NCBI GenBank assembly: GCA_001662655.1
Contig: KV460226.1
DNA: 64,000 nt
Direction: 5' to 3' (one strand)
Source of the DNA: Pseudogymnoascus verrucosus
Taxonomy: Eukaryota
Shown here one piece after another: positions 51,054-63,620 of this stretch. Below the pieces are notes generated by a model. The model was not told the origin of the DNA. It saw only the letters and a program-made list of their open reading frames with translations, and ran no database searches. The position numbers and the translations under genes were made by a program. Numbering within the stretch: the first letter of the stretch is position 1; each line of letters begins with the position of its first letter.

Positions 51054-52571
51054 TTAGTCTGGTGAACAGAGAACCTTCGATCTAGCAATGATATTCCGAA
51101 GCTGCATGCGCTGGCCATTCTCATCTCCCTCCTTTAAGACTCCAGGAAACGTCATGCAGAGAATATCTCTGCCCTCTAATGTCTCTTCATCCTCCCCACC
51201 TATATCATCCATGGTTTCGGAATCAAAGATATTAATCTGATGTCCTTCAACAACCGTCATGATCGGCTTAAAACTTGCCTTCTGCACCCTAAGCATCCTA
51301 GATAGGGTAATGGCCTCGATGATCAGTGCTCGCAATGTCACTTCCCTCCCCGCGTCCCGTTCAACATCCGTAATATCCTCTAAAATAGCCATGGCTTCCC
51401 TGACGACAGATGCCGCGACCTCTTCCGTCTTAACCCCTAGATTATCTAGCGAGCCCTTCTTATTGATGAGCCCTAATGTGGACGAGCGCCACTGGTTCAC
51501 ATCCCCCGCACTCCCCGATGTCGATGCCAGCCATGCTTCAAATCCGATCAGTTCTTTCTCCCTTTCTTCAGGCAGTCCGACGAAGTATCTCTGAAACACC
51601 CTTTTCACAAGCAGCATCGACACAATACTCTGTATGAGGTGCACCTTCGCCGTCCCCGCCAGTCCCTCCCATAACGGGCACAGCTCCTCAAGCCGCTCCC
51701 GCGTTCCCTCCTTCACTTCTTTAACATCCATCTTCGCGCGCCTAAAATTCCTCAACACCCAATTCTGCAGCCCGCTCCCGAGCGCCGAGAAGCCCTCCGC
51801 GATAACCTCATCCGTAACCTGCCCCTCCGACCTCCCACTCGTAGAAACAAACTCCTTCAGCCCTCGCACCTGCGCTCGCAGCCCCTCCACCTCCGACTCC
51901 CTGCCTTGCGCCTCGCGTCGCGCCCCAGCGAACCCCTCGCGTAGCGCCTCGCGCTCAATCAGCAAGCTCGAGATGCGCGTTGTGGAGTCCCTCTCCCGGT
52001 CCTCCCGCTCGTCTAGCTCGCGCGCGCGCTCCTCTATCTCAGCCCTGCAGTCCGCCAGGCGCGCCTCGAGGGCTCCATGTGCGGCGTGTAGACTGCTGTA
52101 CTTGAGCTGCCAGAAGTGCGCGACTTCGGCCTGGTGGCCCAGCTTGGCGGAGAGGTGCTCGAGCTCCTGCACGAATGTGCCTTCCATGACGGCGGCATCG
52201 GCTTCGAGGTGCGCGATGCGATCATCTTTGTCGATGGTGGTGGATTTCGTAGAGGGGTTGCGGGAAGGTGCAGCGCTAGGGGAGGTAGATGTTGGTTGTG
52301 AGGGTGGTTGCGAAGGCGGTTGTGAGGTGGGGGGTTCCGGGCTGGAGGGGCGTGAATTGGTCGCTGCGTTGTTGGAGACCGAGCCGCTCCGGGAGCGGCC
52401 CTGGCCCTGGAGGGCCGCGCGGGGCGGCGTGGCGATGGGGGATTTGGGGAACATGGGGATATCTGTGGTGCGAGTTAGTGGGTTGGTTTGGTTAGATTGG
52501 CAAGAGACCGTGTTGGCTTCTTCAGTTGTGTGGGGACACTGACTCCGGAGTTTGCGATCGCGGGAGCTCAT
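51054..52571 (-). CDS. Hypothetical coiled-coil protein
   Basis: 505 aa ORF with coding-like GC. Pro/Ser-rich N-terminus, heptad-rich centre, and a C-terminal CMTFPGVLKEGDENG...IARSKVLC. Confidence 0.75.
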   Translation of the reverse strand: MSSRDRKLRSQCPHTTEEANTVSCQSNQTNPLTRTTDIPMFPKSPIATPPRAALQGQGRSRSGSVSNNAATNSRPSSPEPPTSQPPSQPPSQPTSTSPSAAPSRNPSTKSTTIDKDDRIAHLEADAAVMEGTFVQELEHLSAKLGHQAEVAHFWQLKYSSLHAAHGALEARLADCRAEIEERARELDEREDRERDSTTRISSLLIEREALREGFAGARREAQGRESEVEGLRAQVRGLKEFVSTSGRSEGQVTDEVIAEGFSALGSGLQNWVLRNFRRAKMDVKEVKEGTRERLEELCPLWEGLAGTAKVHLIQSIVSMLLVKRVFQRYFVGLPEEREKELIGFEAWLASTSGSAGDVNQWRSSTLGLINKKGSLDNLGVKTEEVAASVVREAMAILEDITDVERDAGREVTLRALIIEAITLSRMLRVQKASFKPIMTVVEGHQINIFDSETMDDIGGEDEETLEGRDILCMTFPGVLKEGDENGQRMQLRNIIARSKVLCSPD

Positions 52572-53086
52572 CTTTTGGGAGTGTGGGGTTGCGAATGGAT
52601 GGTTATTGCTGTGATCTATATATAAATGTACGCATTTCTAGAAAAAAAAGTATAGCTAGAGGATATATATGCGCCGATGGGCTGCCATTTTGTGCGGCTG
52701 ACAATGGGAAGGCAACAGTAATAACAGCTTGGAGGTCGTGTTGGAAGTGGGAAGGCTGGCGGGTGAGATGGGCGCCAAGAGGTGGGACAGACCTGGGCCG
52801 CCACCAGAATGGCACACTTGTGTGGGGTAACAACTAACATGGGAATCCAACTCGACCTCGTCCAACATTCCAACAACATGCAGAAGGTAAATACACTGGT
52901 TGCCCAGTTCGTTAGTAGATGCATGTTATTCCAATATATTAATAAAAACTTGATATTTTGCGGAGACTAAAGTGTGTACATTATTTACATGGTATATATC
53001 AACAGGTCTGCATTCGACTTCCATTTCAGTACGTGCCTGGACAGTTCCAAAGGCTAGGAAGGCAATGCCAGCGTTCCCTTTCGAGA

Positions 53087-54478
53087 TCAAACTGGACATG
53101 CAGCATAGAGTTGACTTGCAGACGGCCGCCCGGCGAAAGTGGAACAAGACGCTCCGGCTTCAGGGCTCCAGAAAGCGGTATATATTTGCACACAGACTAG
53201 TTGGCACGCCATGGAAGAGGAGACTTCGTGCCAACTTAAGTTGTGTGCAGTGATGGTCACTGGTTGCAAATATGTGCGTCGCCTAGATAACTGGCGGCAT
53301 TTGTAATATATAGCATTGGGAGCTTCTGCTATAGTCTTCTTCTCATCTAGGTCGGCTTCAGTAGCCGAACCAGTGCTCCCGTCTGTGTTGTCATTTCCAG
53401 ACGCGGCAGCATGACTCGGGCCTGCATCTGGCTCTTCATCATCGTCGTCTTCTCCATGTACGTCAACCACACGTTCACCAGCTTTCTCAAGGGTATTCCG
53501 GCTCCAGGCCCTAACTCCTTTCCAAATTGCCTGTGTGCTGTGTCAGCTAATCTTATTACGTCCACTGGGTACAGGCGAACTCACGTATAGGATTGTGGCA
53601 ACTCCAATGAGAATCATCGACACGCTGATATCCTCAAGTCTCTCTCGCCCGGTTCCTCCCCTTCTGGCTCTACCACCACCTCCAACCACCCACCTAAAAT
53701 TCAGCCACTGAAACGGGGACATGATAAAGGACTTCAAGAGACCTAATAGCCCTAGAGATGCGAATCCTTTTAGAAGATGCTCAGACCATGTCCATTCCTC
53801 ACCCTCCTCAAATTCTATGAGAGGTTCGCGGAATGTTGTCCACGGGTTGGTAGTCAACGTTGCCACCGGATCCAAGTATAGCTTGACAATTGGTTCCGCA
53901 ACGAAGCCAAGCAAGAACACGGTGGCCCAAAGAATCAGCAGGGTGAGAGCAATTTGGGTCATGGTACTGCCAATCCACTTGCTCCATCGCATCCTCTCCA
54001 GACGGTATGTGTATTTACATGTGGGGCATTCGAAGTAATTGCGTCGCCTGTATGATGGATCGGCGTGTCGCCACCCCTGTAGACATCCTTCATGAACATA
54101 TGACTGTGATCCTTTGCACTTGCATGGTCGAATTAGCCGTCCGGATTCCGGATCTTCCGACACGTACTTCACCGTCGGAGTTGGAGCGACCACGCCAGCG
54201 AGGCCTTCCGGACCAGTCTCGAATGACGGGTGCACTTCCTCCAGACAAATCCTGCAGGTCCTTGAACCGTAGTATTTTTGTTTCTTTGGAGGATCACTGG
54301 AGCTGGCCTCGCCCTCATGGGGTGGGGGTGCTGGTTTCGTCTCGGATGGTTGTTTTGCGTGACGAAAGTCTCTCTGAGTAAATGAACTTTCCGGCGAAGC
54401 TTGATCGCGAAGATCATCGGCAACTACCTCCTCTGGCCATGACCAGGTTGACTCTGACCCATATGGTGGTGCAGGCAT
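53087..54478 (-). CDS. RING-variant (RINGv / MARCH-like) membrane E3 ubiquitin ligase
   Basis: C4HC3 pattern CRIC...RPCKCKGS..YVHEGCL..W..CPTC, followed by hydrophobic helices. Intron 53531-53584. The 3' end is uncertain. Confidence 0.82.
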
Positions 54479-54964
54479 GTTGGCAAACGCTAGTGTTGAG
54501 CTTGTAAAAGTCGAAAAACAGCTGGGTTTTGCCAGCTCAGTATTCAACAGACATTTAAGAGAAGGATTCGGGCAATAGCGACCTCTGCGATGATGCTCGC
54601 AGGTCCATTAGTCAAAAACAAGGCGATGACTTTATGAAATAGAAAATAATGTAAGGAAATACCGACGGTTGAGGCCAGATATTCAAGTCCCTTACATGGT
54701 GGTTGCTCACGGCAGGGTCGGATGGAGGAATGCGTCCGAGATCGAAGTGTTGGTGGTCTCGCTAGAGTTGCCGCGTTAGCGCCGTCAGTCGCTCCAGACG
54801 CGGAATTCGTAAGGCAGAGCTGCCTGTGAAGCTAAGTTACCTCAAGCAACGAACGGTGTATCCCAGCAATTTCCACGATCACCTTCCAACCACAACAACT
54901 GAATTGATCGCCCACTTGAAGCTTCATCTACACAACTCTCCTCCAAGCTTCAGATATTCGAACT

Positions 54965-56069
54965 ATGGCGGACAGATACTCCTTCTCCCTCACGACCTTC
55001 TCGCCCACGTAAGCTATCACCGTGTTGAGCTCCAAGCCATCCATGTCCTGTCCGCGAACCAAGCTAATACAACTACAGCGGGAAGCTCGTTCAAATAGGT
55101 CAGTCTCAGATGAAGCTCAACTGCACGCGATCTTCCGGTGAAACCCTACAGCCGTGAGCTGTGCTCATGATTTATAGAATATGCCTTAAACGCAGTCAAC
55201 CAAGGTGTAACAGCACTGGGAATCAAAGGTACGCCCATCCCCCCCCCAAACCTACGCAACCTCATCTAACTCCTCCTAAAGCAACAAATGGCATTGTCCT
55301 CGCGACCGAAAAGAAGTCCTCCTCGCCCCTGATCGATCCCCCCTCCCTCTCGAAAGTCAGCCTCATCACCCCCAACATCGGCATGGTCTACTCCGGCATG
55401 GGCCCCGACTACCGCGTGCTTGTCGACAAGGCGCGCAAGGTCTCGCACACGAACTACAAGCGCATCTACAACGAGTACCCACCGACGCGCATCCTCGTCC
55501 AAGACGTCGCGCGCGTCATGCAGGAGGCGACCCAGTCGGGTGGCGTGCGGCCATACGGTGTCAGCTTGCTCGTTGCTGGGTGGGACGAGGGTATCGAGCC
55601 GGATGTGGAGGCGGATAATGTGAGCGGTGGCGCTGGAACCGAAGAGCCAAAGCCAAGCGGCAAGACTGGAGGTATTCTCAAGGGTGGACCTATGCTGTAC
55701 CAGGTCGACCCCAGCGGGAGTTACTACCCATGGAAGGCCACGGCGATTGGCAAAAGCGCGACGTCTGCGAAGACGTTCCTTGAGAAGAGGTATACGGAGG
55801 GTTTGGAGCTTGAGGACGCGGTGCACATCGCGCTGCTAACGCTGAAGGAGACGATTGAGGGAGAGATGAACGGAGAGACAGTTGAGATTGGTATGTTTCT
55901 TCCCGCAGTGGATGGATGGGATTGAAAGCGGTTGCTAACGTGATGTACAGGTATCATTGGCCCGCCAGCACACCACCTTATGGGCGTTGAGGGTGTCGAG
56001 GGGGCACAGGGCCCACGCTTCCGCAAGCTCAGCCCTCAGGAGATCGAGGACTACCTGACGAACTTGTGA
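54965..56069 (+). CDS. PRE8: 20S proteasome subunit alpha type-2
   Basis: [49 protein letters not shown], then [50 protein letters not shown]. Five exons. Confidence 0.96.
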
Positions 56070-56976
56070 GGTGGGTTTGCTGCCATGGCGTCTGGGGATG
56101 GAGGAGCAGGGGTGGGGTGGACTTTGAATTGGTGACATTGGTGCACAATACAAATGTATCATAGAAATATCACGAGAGAGCGAGCGAAATCCACAAATGA
56201 ATTAGACCTGGCTGTTTGGGGGGTTGCTTGACCAGTGGTGTACGGTGTGTAGGATGCTGTGTGCTTTGAAATGCGTGTTGGGGCAACAGCATTCTGCTTA
56301 TTCCCCTACTGGTTCAGCTCATCTTGGTCTTCCGACTGAGATGCATCCCATCTGCTTTACCTCACGATGCTCTCTTTTTCCTTTTTAGAATGCGTATTCT
56401 TCATTATTCTTTATCTAGGTGAGCGAAACCGGATTTACCAGTCACCCAGCAACTTCAACGAGCTAGCCTAGAATTCATTAGGACTGACCGTCTTACAGAG
56501 ACAGCATGAGATCATCGGGCTACTCCATAGCACTGAGGAAATTGGCCCATCCCCACGTTGGTTTTGGCATTTGCTAACTGTTGTCATTACAATCTGTCAC
56601 CGGCCTGGACTCTCTGTTGTCGCCGTCATGTTCTGTTGCCGAGCTTCTTTCTCACCACCACAGACTCCTATTGTCACCGCGTCCACCCCCCGACAGCTAT
56701 TAATGATAACGCTGCAGCACTATGCCGCTATTTTGGATAAAATCTGCGTCCTTCCCATTATTGATTGTTGCATTGTTTTCTATTTTGTAGGGATGGATGC
56801 TTTGCTGGTTCGTGGTATTATATTTATAGTGTGAGGCGGGATAGAGGCACATGCTGCGAGGAAACCCGAGTAGACCAGGCACAGCTTTGAATTCACCTCC
56901 TCTCAGTCTCATCTCTAGCTACCTGTGTTATTCCATGGCCTTATAGTCTTTCAGGCGCCTCGAATGCCGGGAATGC

Positions 56977-58380
56977 TCATACACACCTCTCCACAACCAA
57001 AAAACTCCCCTCCCCTCCCCCAAACACCCCCTTTAACCTCCCTCCTTCCCTTAAAACCTCACTCAAATCAACCCTCCTCCACCCTCCCTCCCTCTCCTCC
57101 CCTTCGCTCTCCTCCTCTTCCTTCCCCGCCTCCTCCTCTTTCACCGTTTCCCCCCTAACCCACCACCCCCCCTCCTTGTCCAACACCCCCACCCCCCCAT
57201 CCCAAACCGCCACATCCACAACATCAAACTCTACACACTCCACCTCCCCCGTTCCACCACCCATAACATAACACCCCCCCTCCCCCGTCAACGCAGCCGT
57301 CACATAACCCGCTGCTACGACTTTGACTACTCCACCGCCGGGGATACCTTCTAGCGCCGTTACGAAGCCTGGTTCATCGGCTGGAACGCTGCCATCATCG
57401 TCAGGGGAGGAAGAACAGTGCCGGCCAAGCGGGGAGGGATGGCGCGGATCGCCCCAGGTGTAGAGGGTGCCGCTGGCGGTGAGGGCGGCGAAGTGGGTGG
57501 TCCCGGCGGTTATTTGTGTGGTGTCTTTTGAGAGGGAGAGGGGAGATGGGAAGGTGAGGGTGTTGGGGGCGAGGGAGAGGGAGAGGGGGAGTTGTGTGCG
57601 GATGCCTGTTATGTCTGGGGGTTGTTAGATGGGTTGTGGGGAAAAGGGGACGGGATACGTGATACGGGAAACACGTCAGGGGATGGAGAATGAGACCTTG
57701 ATAGAAGGGGGAACTGATGTGAATGCGAAGAGCTCGAAGGAATCAAATCGGGAAATATGAATAGGATATCAACTCACCAACGACCATCCCCGTGCCTGAA
57801 ACCGCCCAACCATTGCCCATCCCATTCCGCTGAAGTGCCTGCGCGTGCCTCTCCGCGAGCGCGTTTTGCTGCTGTCCCACGTCTCCCTCTTCGAGACTAA
57901 GACGAAGGAACGGCGTAGGAGAACCTGCTATGGCGTAGGAAGAGGTGTTGTATTTCACTGTGCGTAGTTAGCGATGTTATCAGGAGGTAGACAAAAACCA
58001 ACAGGGTGAAAATGAGGGAGTGGTCTGAAAAACGTGAAAGAAAGGAGAGGGTATGGGAGATAAAACATCAAATTGAAGACGAGCAGCAACGAAACAAGGA
58101 TAGGAAAACAGTAGCCACACCCATCCAAACAGAAAAGAACCTCCCAAAACATACCAATACACCCAAACCCATCACTCCTCACCCACTCCACCCTCTCCGC
58201 CTCAAACACCTTCCCATACATATCCAAATCACGTGGCTCTATCTCCTCCTCCTCCTTCTCTTCGCCACCCTCATTTCTCCCTTCCTCATCCCCCGCCTTA
58301 GGCAGCTCAGCCTCGTCAGATGAGGGCGAGAACTCAAGTTGTCTCCACACATTATTCCCCCTTGCCCACACCTCCATCAT
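56977..58380 (-). CDS. RCC1/BLIP-II repeat-like protein
   Basis: N-terminus MEVWARGNNVWRQL. The last exon contains ITAGTTHFAALTASGTLYTWGD and VVAAGYVTAALTGEGGCYVMG (RCC1-like repeats). Internal exon boundaries are approximate. Confidence 0.65.
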
Positions 58381-59358
58381 CGTACGTCGTGCTGCGGTGG
58401 TGGTGGCGATGGAGGGTGGTAGTCGGAGGGGCGCGTGGGGCGTGGGGGTTGCGTTGGGGAGGCGAGGGTGGGTGAGGTCAGGTGGCGCGCGATGGACGCG
58501 GGTGTGTGCTTGAACGTGCAGTTTGAGGTAAGGGACGGATGTCTGGTATATCCGTTAATCCCGATATGTTTTTGGTGCTGTTGTTGTTGCCTAGAATGGG
58601 TGAGGAGGGGCGTTGTGGTGAGATTGATGGAGGATGGAATATTGGGAAAGCTATGAGTAAATAACTTCAAATTGTATGTCAAATCCGAAGTATAGAATAT
58701 AAATCACGTGCGTGCATAGCAACCTTCTACGCGTCGTTGAAAGAAAGGCAGATAGGGTGAGAGGAATATTATCAGGTTGAGCAGGGTAGAGGTTCAAGGA
58801 GTAGAAAGTTCAAGGAGAAGAAAAGACGCCTTGAAAGCTGGTAAACACATGAGAGGAGTCGAGGGAAACAACACAACCTTTCACATACACCAGCGCAACA
58901 AACCACATAACACATTAAGACCCCATTCTTTTCTATCTATCACCACACACACAACACAGCATCCTCACCCCCCCATCCTTTCTGGAATCCCATCCTCACT
59001 TTCTTAATCATTTTATTTTCACCCCCCAACCTCCCATCCCCCCATTCCCCAAAAGCGAAGAACAAAAATAAAGACTCCCCATACTACTGTACTACGCTCC
59101 CCACCCCCCAGCTCCAAGCCCCCCGCCGCCCCAAAAACACCGCAGCAACCATCATCATCACATCACATAAAATAAGAGGAGCCCACCCCCATCACTGGCC
59201 CCAATGTCGCTCTGCCCATCCCGAATAAGCCTCGGCAGCGCGAAACGCCGCAGCGCACTCGCTGCGTCCCCCTCCTCCCTCCCCCCAAAAAAAACAAACT
59301 CCCCGTTCATTCCCCCAACTCTCTTTACAAGTCCTCGTGATCCTTCCAATCCCCATCC

Positions 59359-60098
59359 CTACGCGTAGAACCTCCTCAGCACGCCCTCAACCTCTTCATA
59401 CTGCTCCTTGACCTCCTTGAGGGTCTCCCGGATGCGCCTTAGGCAGAGCGCCTCGTCGGGCTCGTCGACGGTGCCGGACTCGTCCTTCTTCTGGCCGAAG
59501 TGCTGGATGCGCTCGCATGAGTCTTTGACTTTTGTGAGGCCGAGGGTGGCGGAGGAGCCTTTGAGGAAGTGGCCTAGGGAGGCGAGGGCGGCGAGGTCGG
59601 AGTTATCGCTGATGGGGGGTTAGCTGGCGTTCGTCCGTCTTTCTTTCTTCTTTCTCCATTCTTCATTTTGATTTCCGCGATAGAAGTTGCGAGGGGCGGG
59701 GTAAGGTGGGGATTGGGCAAAGAAACGGGGAAAGAATGGCGAAATAGAAAAAGGGAGACAAACAGCGCCTCCTTCATCTCCTCAAACGTCTGCTCCGCCT
59801 GCTCAAAGAAGCCAAACACAATACTCTTACTAAACTCCCTCTCCTCCTCATCATCATCCATCTCCAGGATCTGCTCAAACGTCAAAGCATCGATGCTCTC
59901 CCCCAAATCCGGGAAACTGACGGAGCCAGCCTCGCTCTGCAGTGGGGGGGAAGTAAATGTTAGCCGTTTGGTTGCTTTTTTGATATATGTTGCTTTTGGT
60001 GGGGGGGCGTGGGGGCAGGGGGGGGGCTGGGTGGATTTTGGAGGGGGGAATCGTACCTTATCCTCGAAATCTGTGGCTGATGCTGTGGTAGTCGCCAT
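59359..60098 (-). CDS. YPD1: Histidine phosphotransfer (HPt) protein
   Basis: Three exons. IDALTFEQILEMDDD..EFSKSIVFGFFEQAEQTF and LASLGHFLKGSSATLGLTKVKDSCERIQHFG (phospho-acceptor His). Stop at 59359-59361. Confidence 0.95.
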
Positions 60099-61029
60099 GT
60101 CTATGAATGTGTACACTCTCTAACCCGCGCGCGCGCGCTCTTGTTGCCTCAAAAAACTCGGTTGGAAAGTAGCGTGTGTTTGTGTGGATTGACTCGGCGC
60201 AGCAGTCGTGGTGGATTTCCCCTTCGGCCTTCTCGTTTCTTTATAGCCTTTCTGTCTGTATATCGTAAAGAGGGTATTGGGTTTGCCCTTTTTCCCCAGT
60301 TTGTACTTGGGGGGGGTTGTGGTATGTGAGTTTGTGGTTGTGGCGGTTGGTGATGGGCCGGGTTATTGCTGTAGCGAGGCTGGTGGTGGGGTGTGGAATA
60401 GCCAGCCACTCTCAAGCGTCGGCGGTGGTGGAGGGCGGTTGGACGGGGTCCGGTGAGGTCAGGTTTGTCGCGGCGATGGGGTAGGTCGGCATTCGAGATC
60501 GTTGGGGTTGTTGATTTGGTTGTTTTGCGGAGTTTGTGGTTTTGCGACGGTGAGGGCTGGTGGTAGTGGTGGTGGTTGTTGTGGATTGTGGTGGTGGTGG
60601 TGGTGGTGGTGGGTTTAATGATTTCTTTGACGACGGCGGGGTGGAGGGGGGAAGGGCTAGCGCGAAAGGAGAGCTATCCGTTGCTGTTGTATGCCGTACT
60701 TTTTTGGGAAGTATGGGGCCCTTTTTTTTACTAGGGTTTGCCGGGGGGGTCGGGGTATCGGGCGTGTACTGGAACTTCTCAGTGGATTTTTGTGTCTGTA
60801 CAAGATGTAGAAGATGCACCAGATGATGGGATTGTACTCTCGTGTTTTATAGAGTGAGTTAATTGTAATAATTCTCGTATTGTCAGTATTATACAGTACA
60901 ATGGGGTAGCACAGTCAAGTCAAACTACAGCTGCAGTAACTCGTACTTCGTTTCCAGCCTTATATAATCTTCCCTTCCCTTCCCCTCCCCTCTTTATTTT
61001 TTGTTATTTCCGCACCTCAACCGTCTAAC

Positions 61030-61097
61030 GAACAACGTACTGTACTGTTACTCTACTACTGTACTCTACTGTACTCTACTGTACTCTTCTGTACTCA
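61030..61097. repeat. Short tandem repeat (CTGTACTCTA)n
   Basis: ctgtactctactgtactctactgtactcttctgtactc. Confidence 0.75.
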
Positions 61098-62061
61098 CTC
61101 CTGCAACGCAACATAAACCAAACAAGAACAACCAGACAACAACAACAGCATGACAAACCTCTTCTCAACAAGGGAGCAGCACAACCAAAAAAAAAATACA
61201 CAGCACAGCAAAGCCCGAAGTAAAAAAAAAAATTAGGGCAAGGTTTAAGATAACAGTTCGGGAAGGTACATAAGGTAAAAAAAATAAGGGTTCAAAAAGG
61301 TAAAGTGTGGTAATGGGATGGATGGGGGGTGGTGAAAAAGGGAAGGAGAGGGGCAGGCAGACCGAAAGCGGGATGGAGTGAGGGATCGGGGCGGAGGGGG
61401 GGGGAGGGGGGAAGGGAAGGACGGTAAAAGTGGTAAGTGGCTTGTGGCTAATAATGTTGCTAATGCTGTGGGATGCGTGATGGCGTGGGAAGCGTTGAGT
61501 GACGATCTTTGAGGTGGCTGGAGCTGGAAGGAGAGTAGTTTAGTAATTGGGGTGAAAGATAGGAGGTTAGTATGGAAAAAAGAGTAGGGTTAGTATGTAA
61601 AAGAGGAGGGTTAGTAGAGTTAGTAGAGTAGTAGAAGTATAGAGAGCACTTTACGAGTGGTGGATGTCTGTTACTGCGGGCATCTTTATTGTTTTATTGT
61701 GGATTGTGAAGGAAGGAGGGAGGTAGGTACTCAGCTATTAGAGGTCTAGGTCTGTATATCTATCCACCTCTTGCCTATAACGTTAATATCTATAATACTC
61801 TAACTTACTAATACTCTAACTTACGCCTGACTCGAGGATCCCGTCTATTCACAATCACATCCACATTCACATTCACATTAACAGCCATACCCGACCTCCT
61901 CCCCTTCCTCCTCTCATCGCTCCTTCCCTCAATCCCGCTAGAACCCGGATAGCCACAGCCACAGCACCTCACCTCACCTCACCTCATGCGCAGTCCCCCT
62001 CATCCCGAAATGCAGGGCCAGATGCAACATGCCATCCCATCAGCGCTTACCTCCGTCAAAT

Positions 62062-62130
62062 CTTACCACTTACCACTTACCACTTACCACTTACCACTTA
62101 CCACTTACCACTTACCACTTACCACTTACC
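62062..62130. repeat. Perfect heptamer tandem repeat (CTTACCA)x~10
   Basis: 69 bp of uninterrupted cttacca units. Confidence 0.95.
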
Positions 62131-63532
62131 GTCTGACAAGTCTCCTCCTCAACCCTCCCTCCGCATATGTACACTACACTACACTATCAATACCAATACA
62201 TCTCCCTCCCCCTACCTCCCCTTACCTCCCCCTACCTCCACCAACCACACTCCTCCCAAGTTACAGATACAGACTCAATACTCGCAATCCCACCGTCGGA
62301 GACAACCACACACCACACGTGGCATGCTCCCCTCCCTCCCTCCCCTCCTCCCACCGTCGGACGATCGGCAACCCATTGGCGGATTCCGCGCCGAGGGGTC
62401 ATCATTGCTTGAACGGGCCGAGGGTCTAGACGCGCCGTAGTGCGGCTTTACTCGTGTATCCATCGCTCCTTCCCTCTACAACACAATACAATCCCACTCC
62501 CCTCACAAACCTCACTCTCCTCCTCCCCTTCTCTCCTCACAATCCATGCACCCTCCCATCCCCCATCTCCCCACGGAGTAAACTCCGACTATCACCCCCC
62601 ATGAAAAAAACCCGCACGTCCCCATCCCATATCTCCCCGGCACACTCAAAAAAAAAAGGCCAACAGCCTACACACCCTACACCCACACCCCCAACCAACC
62701 CCCCCATCCAACAAAGTGGAGCCATGACGTCCCCATGCATCCTGGACAACCAAATGACGTCGACTAGCCCCCTATGACGGCGTCGCGGGTGGGGCGGTCT
62801 GGACCCGTCTCTGACCAATCCCGGGAAGCGGCGAGAGTGTGCAAGGGTCTTGGCGCGGATGGGAGGAGGAGGTGGCGGGCTTGGCGGTGGCTTGGCGGTG
62901 GATGGGGGGCTGTGGTGCGTGGTGGTGCGTGGTGGTGCGTGGTGGTGCGTGCTGGAAGATTTTTGGGGGGAAGGAAGGAAGGTAGGGGAGGCTGGGCTGG
63001 GCTGGGGGGTTTTACCACGGGTTGATGGATGGATGGAGGGACGGGGATGGGGGGGAGTTCAGCCGGTGAGAGTGGGGAGAGGAGGAAGGGTAGGATAGTA
63101 GGGGATGGGAGGAGGGTAACTCGTGGTACGGGTGCACTGCGTGCGGTTAGAGGAGGGGAGGAAGGATTGTGATGTGAACAAGCACAGCACAGCACAGCAC
63201 AGCACGCCTGCATATACGCCCATCCTACTCTCTAATCCTCCCTCAGCCTTCCCTTCCCTTCCTACCACCCCCTACCCCCTCCCTCCTTCCCTCGGAGTAA
63301 CTCTCTCCCACCCTCCCCTCCCCTCCCTTCACACCACCACCACCACCCAACCTCCGACCCCGACCCGACCGACCCCGACCCCATCTCACCGCCCACCCAC
63401 CTCCCCTCCTTCCCTCCCACCCACCTGGCGAGCCGGTCCGAAGCACAGCACCGACCGGTCGCGTGCATGCATGCATGACGTAGCACCCCGCCCCCCGCCC
63501 GACGGCGCGGCACTGTTGGGATGGGGATGGGG

Positions 63533-63620
63533 GTGTGTGTGTGTGTCTATGTGTGTCTGTGTGTGTCTGTGTGTGTCTGTGTGTGTCTGTGTCTGTGTGT
63601 ATGTATGTATGTATATATGT
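63533..63620. repeat. Compound (TG)n / (TGTGTGTGTC)n / (TATG)n microsatellite
   Basis: Directly visible. Followed by (GTGC)n at ~63726-63753. Confidence 0.9.

Noticed and set aside
51634..52542. 302-aa plus-strand ORF and similar long antisense ORFs over other genes
   Set aside because: These are antisense shadows of GC-rich real genes, with no recognisable motifs.
62062..62130. Interstitial telomere repeat
   Set aside because: The unit differs from TTAGGG/CCCTAA, the usual filamentous ascomycete telomere repeat.
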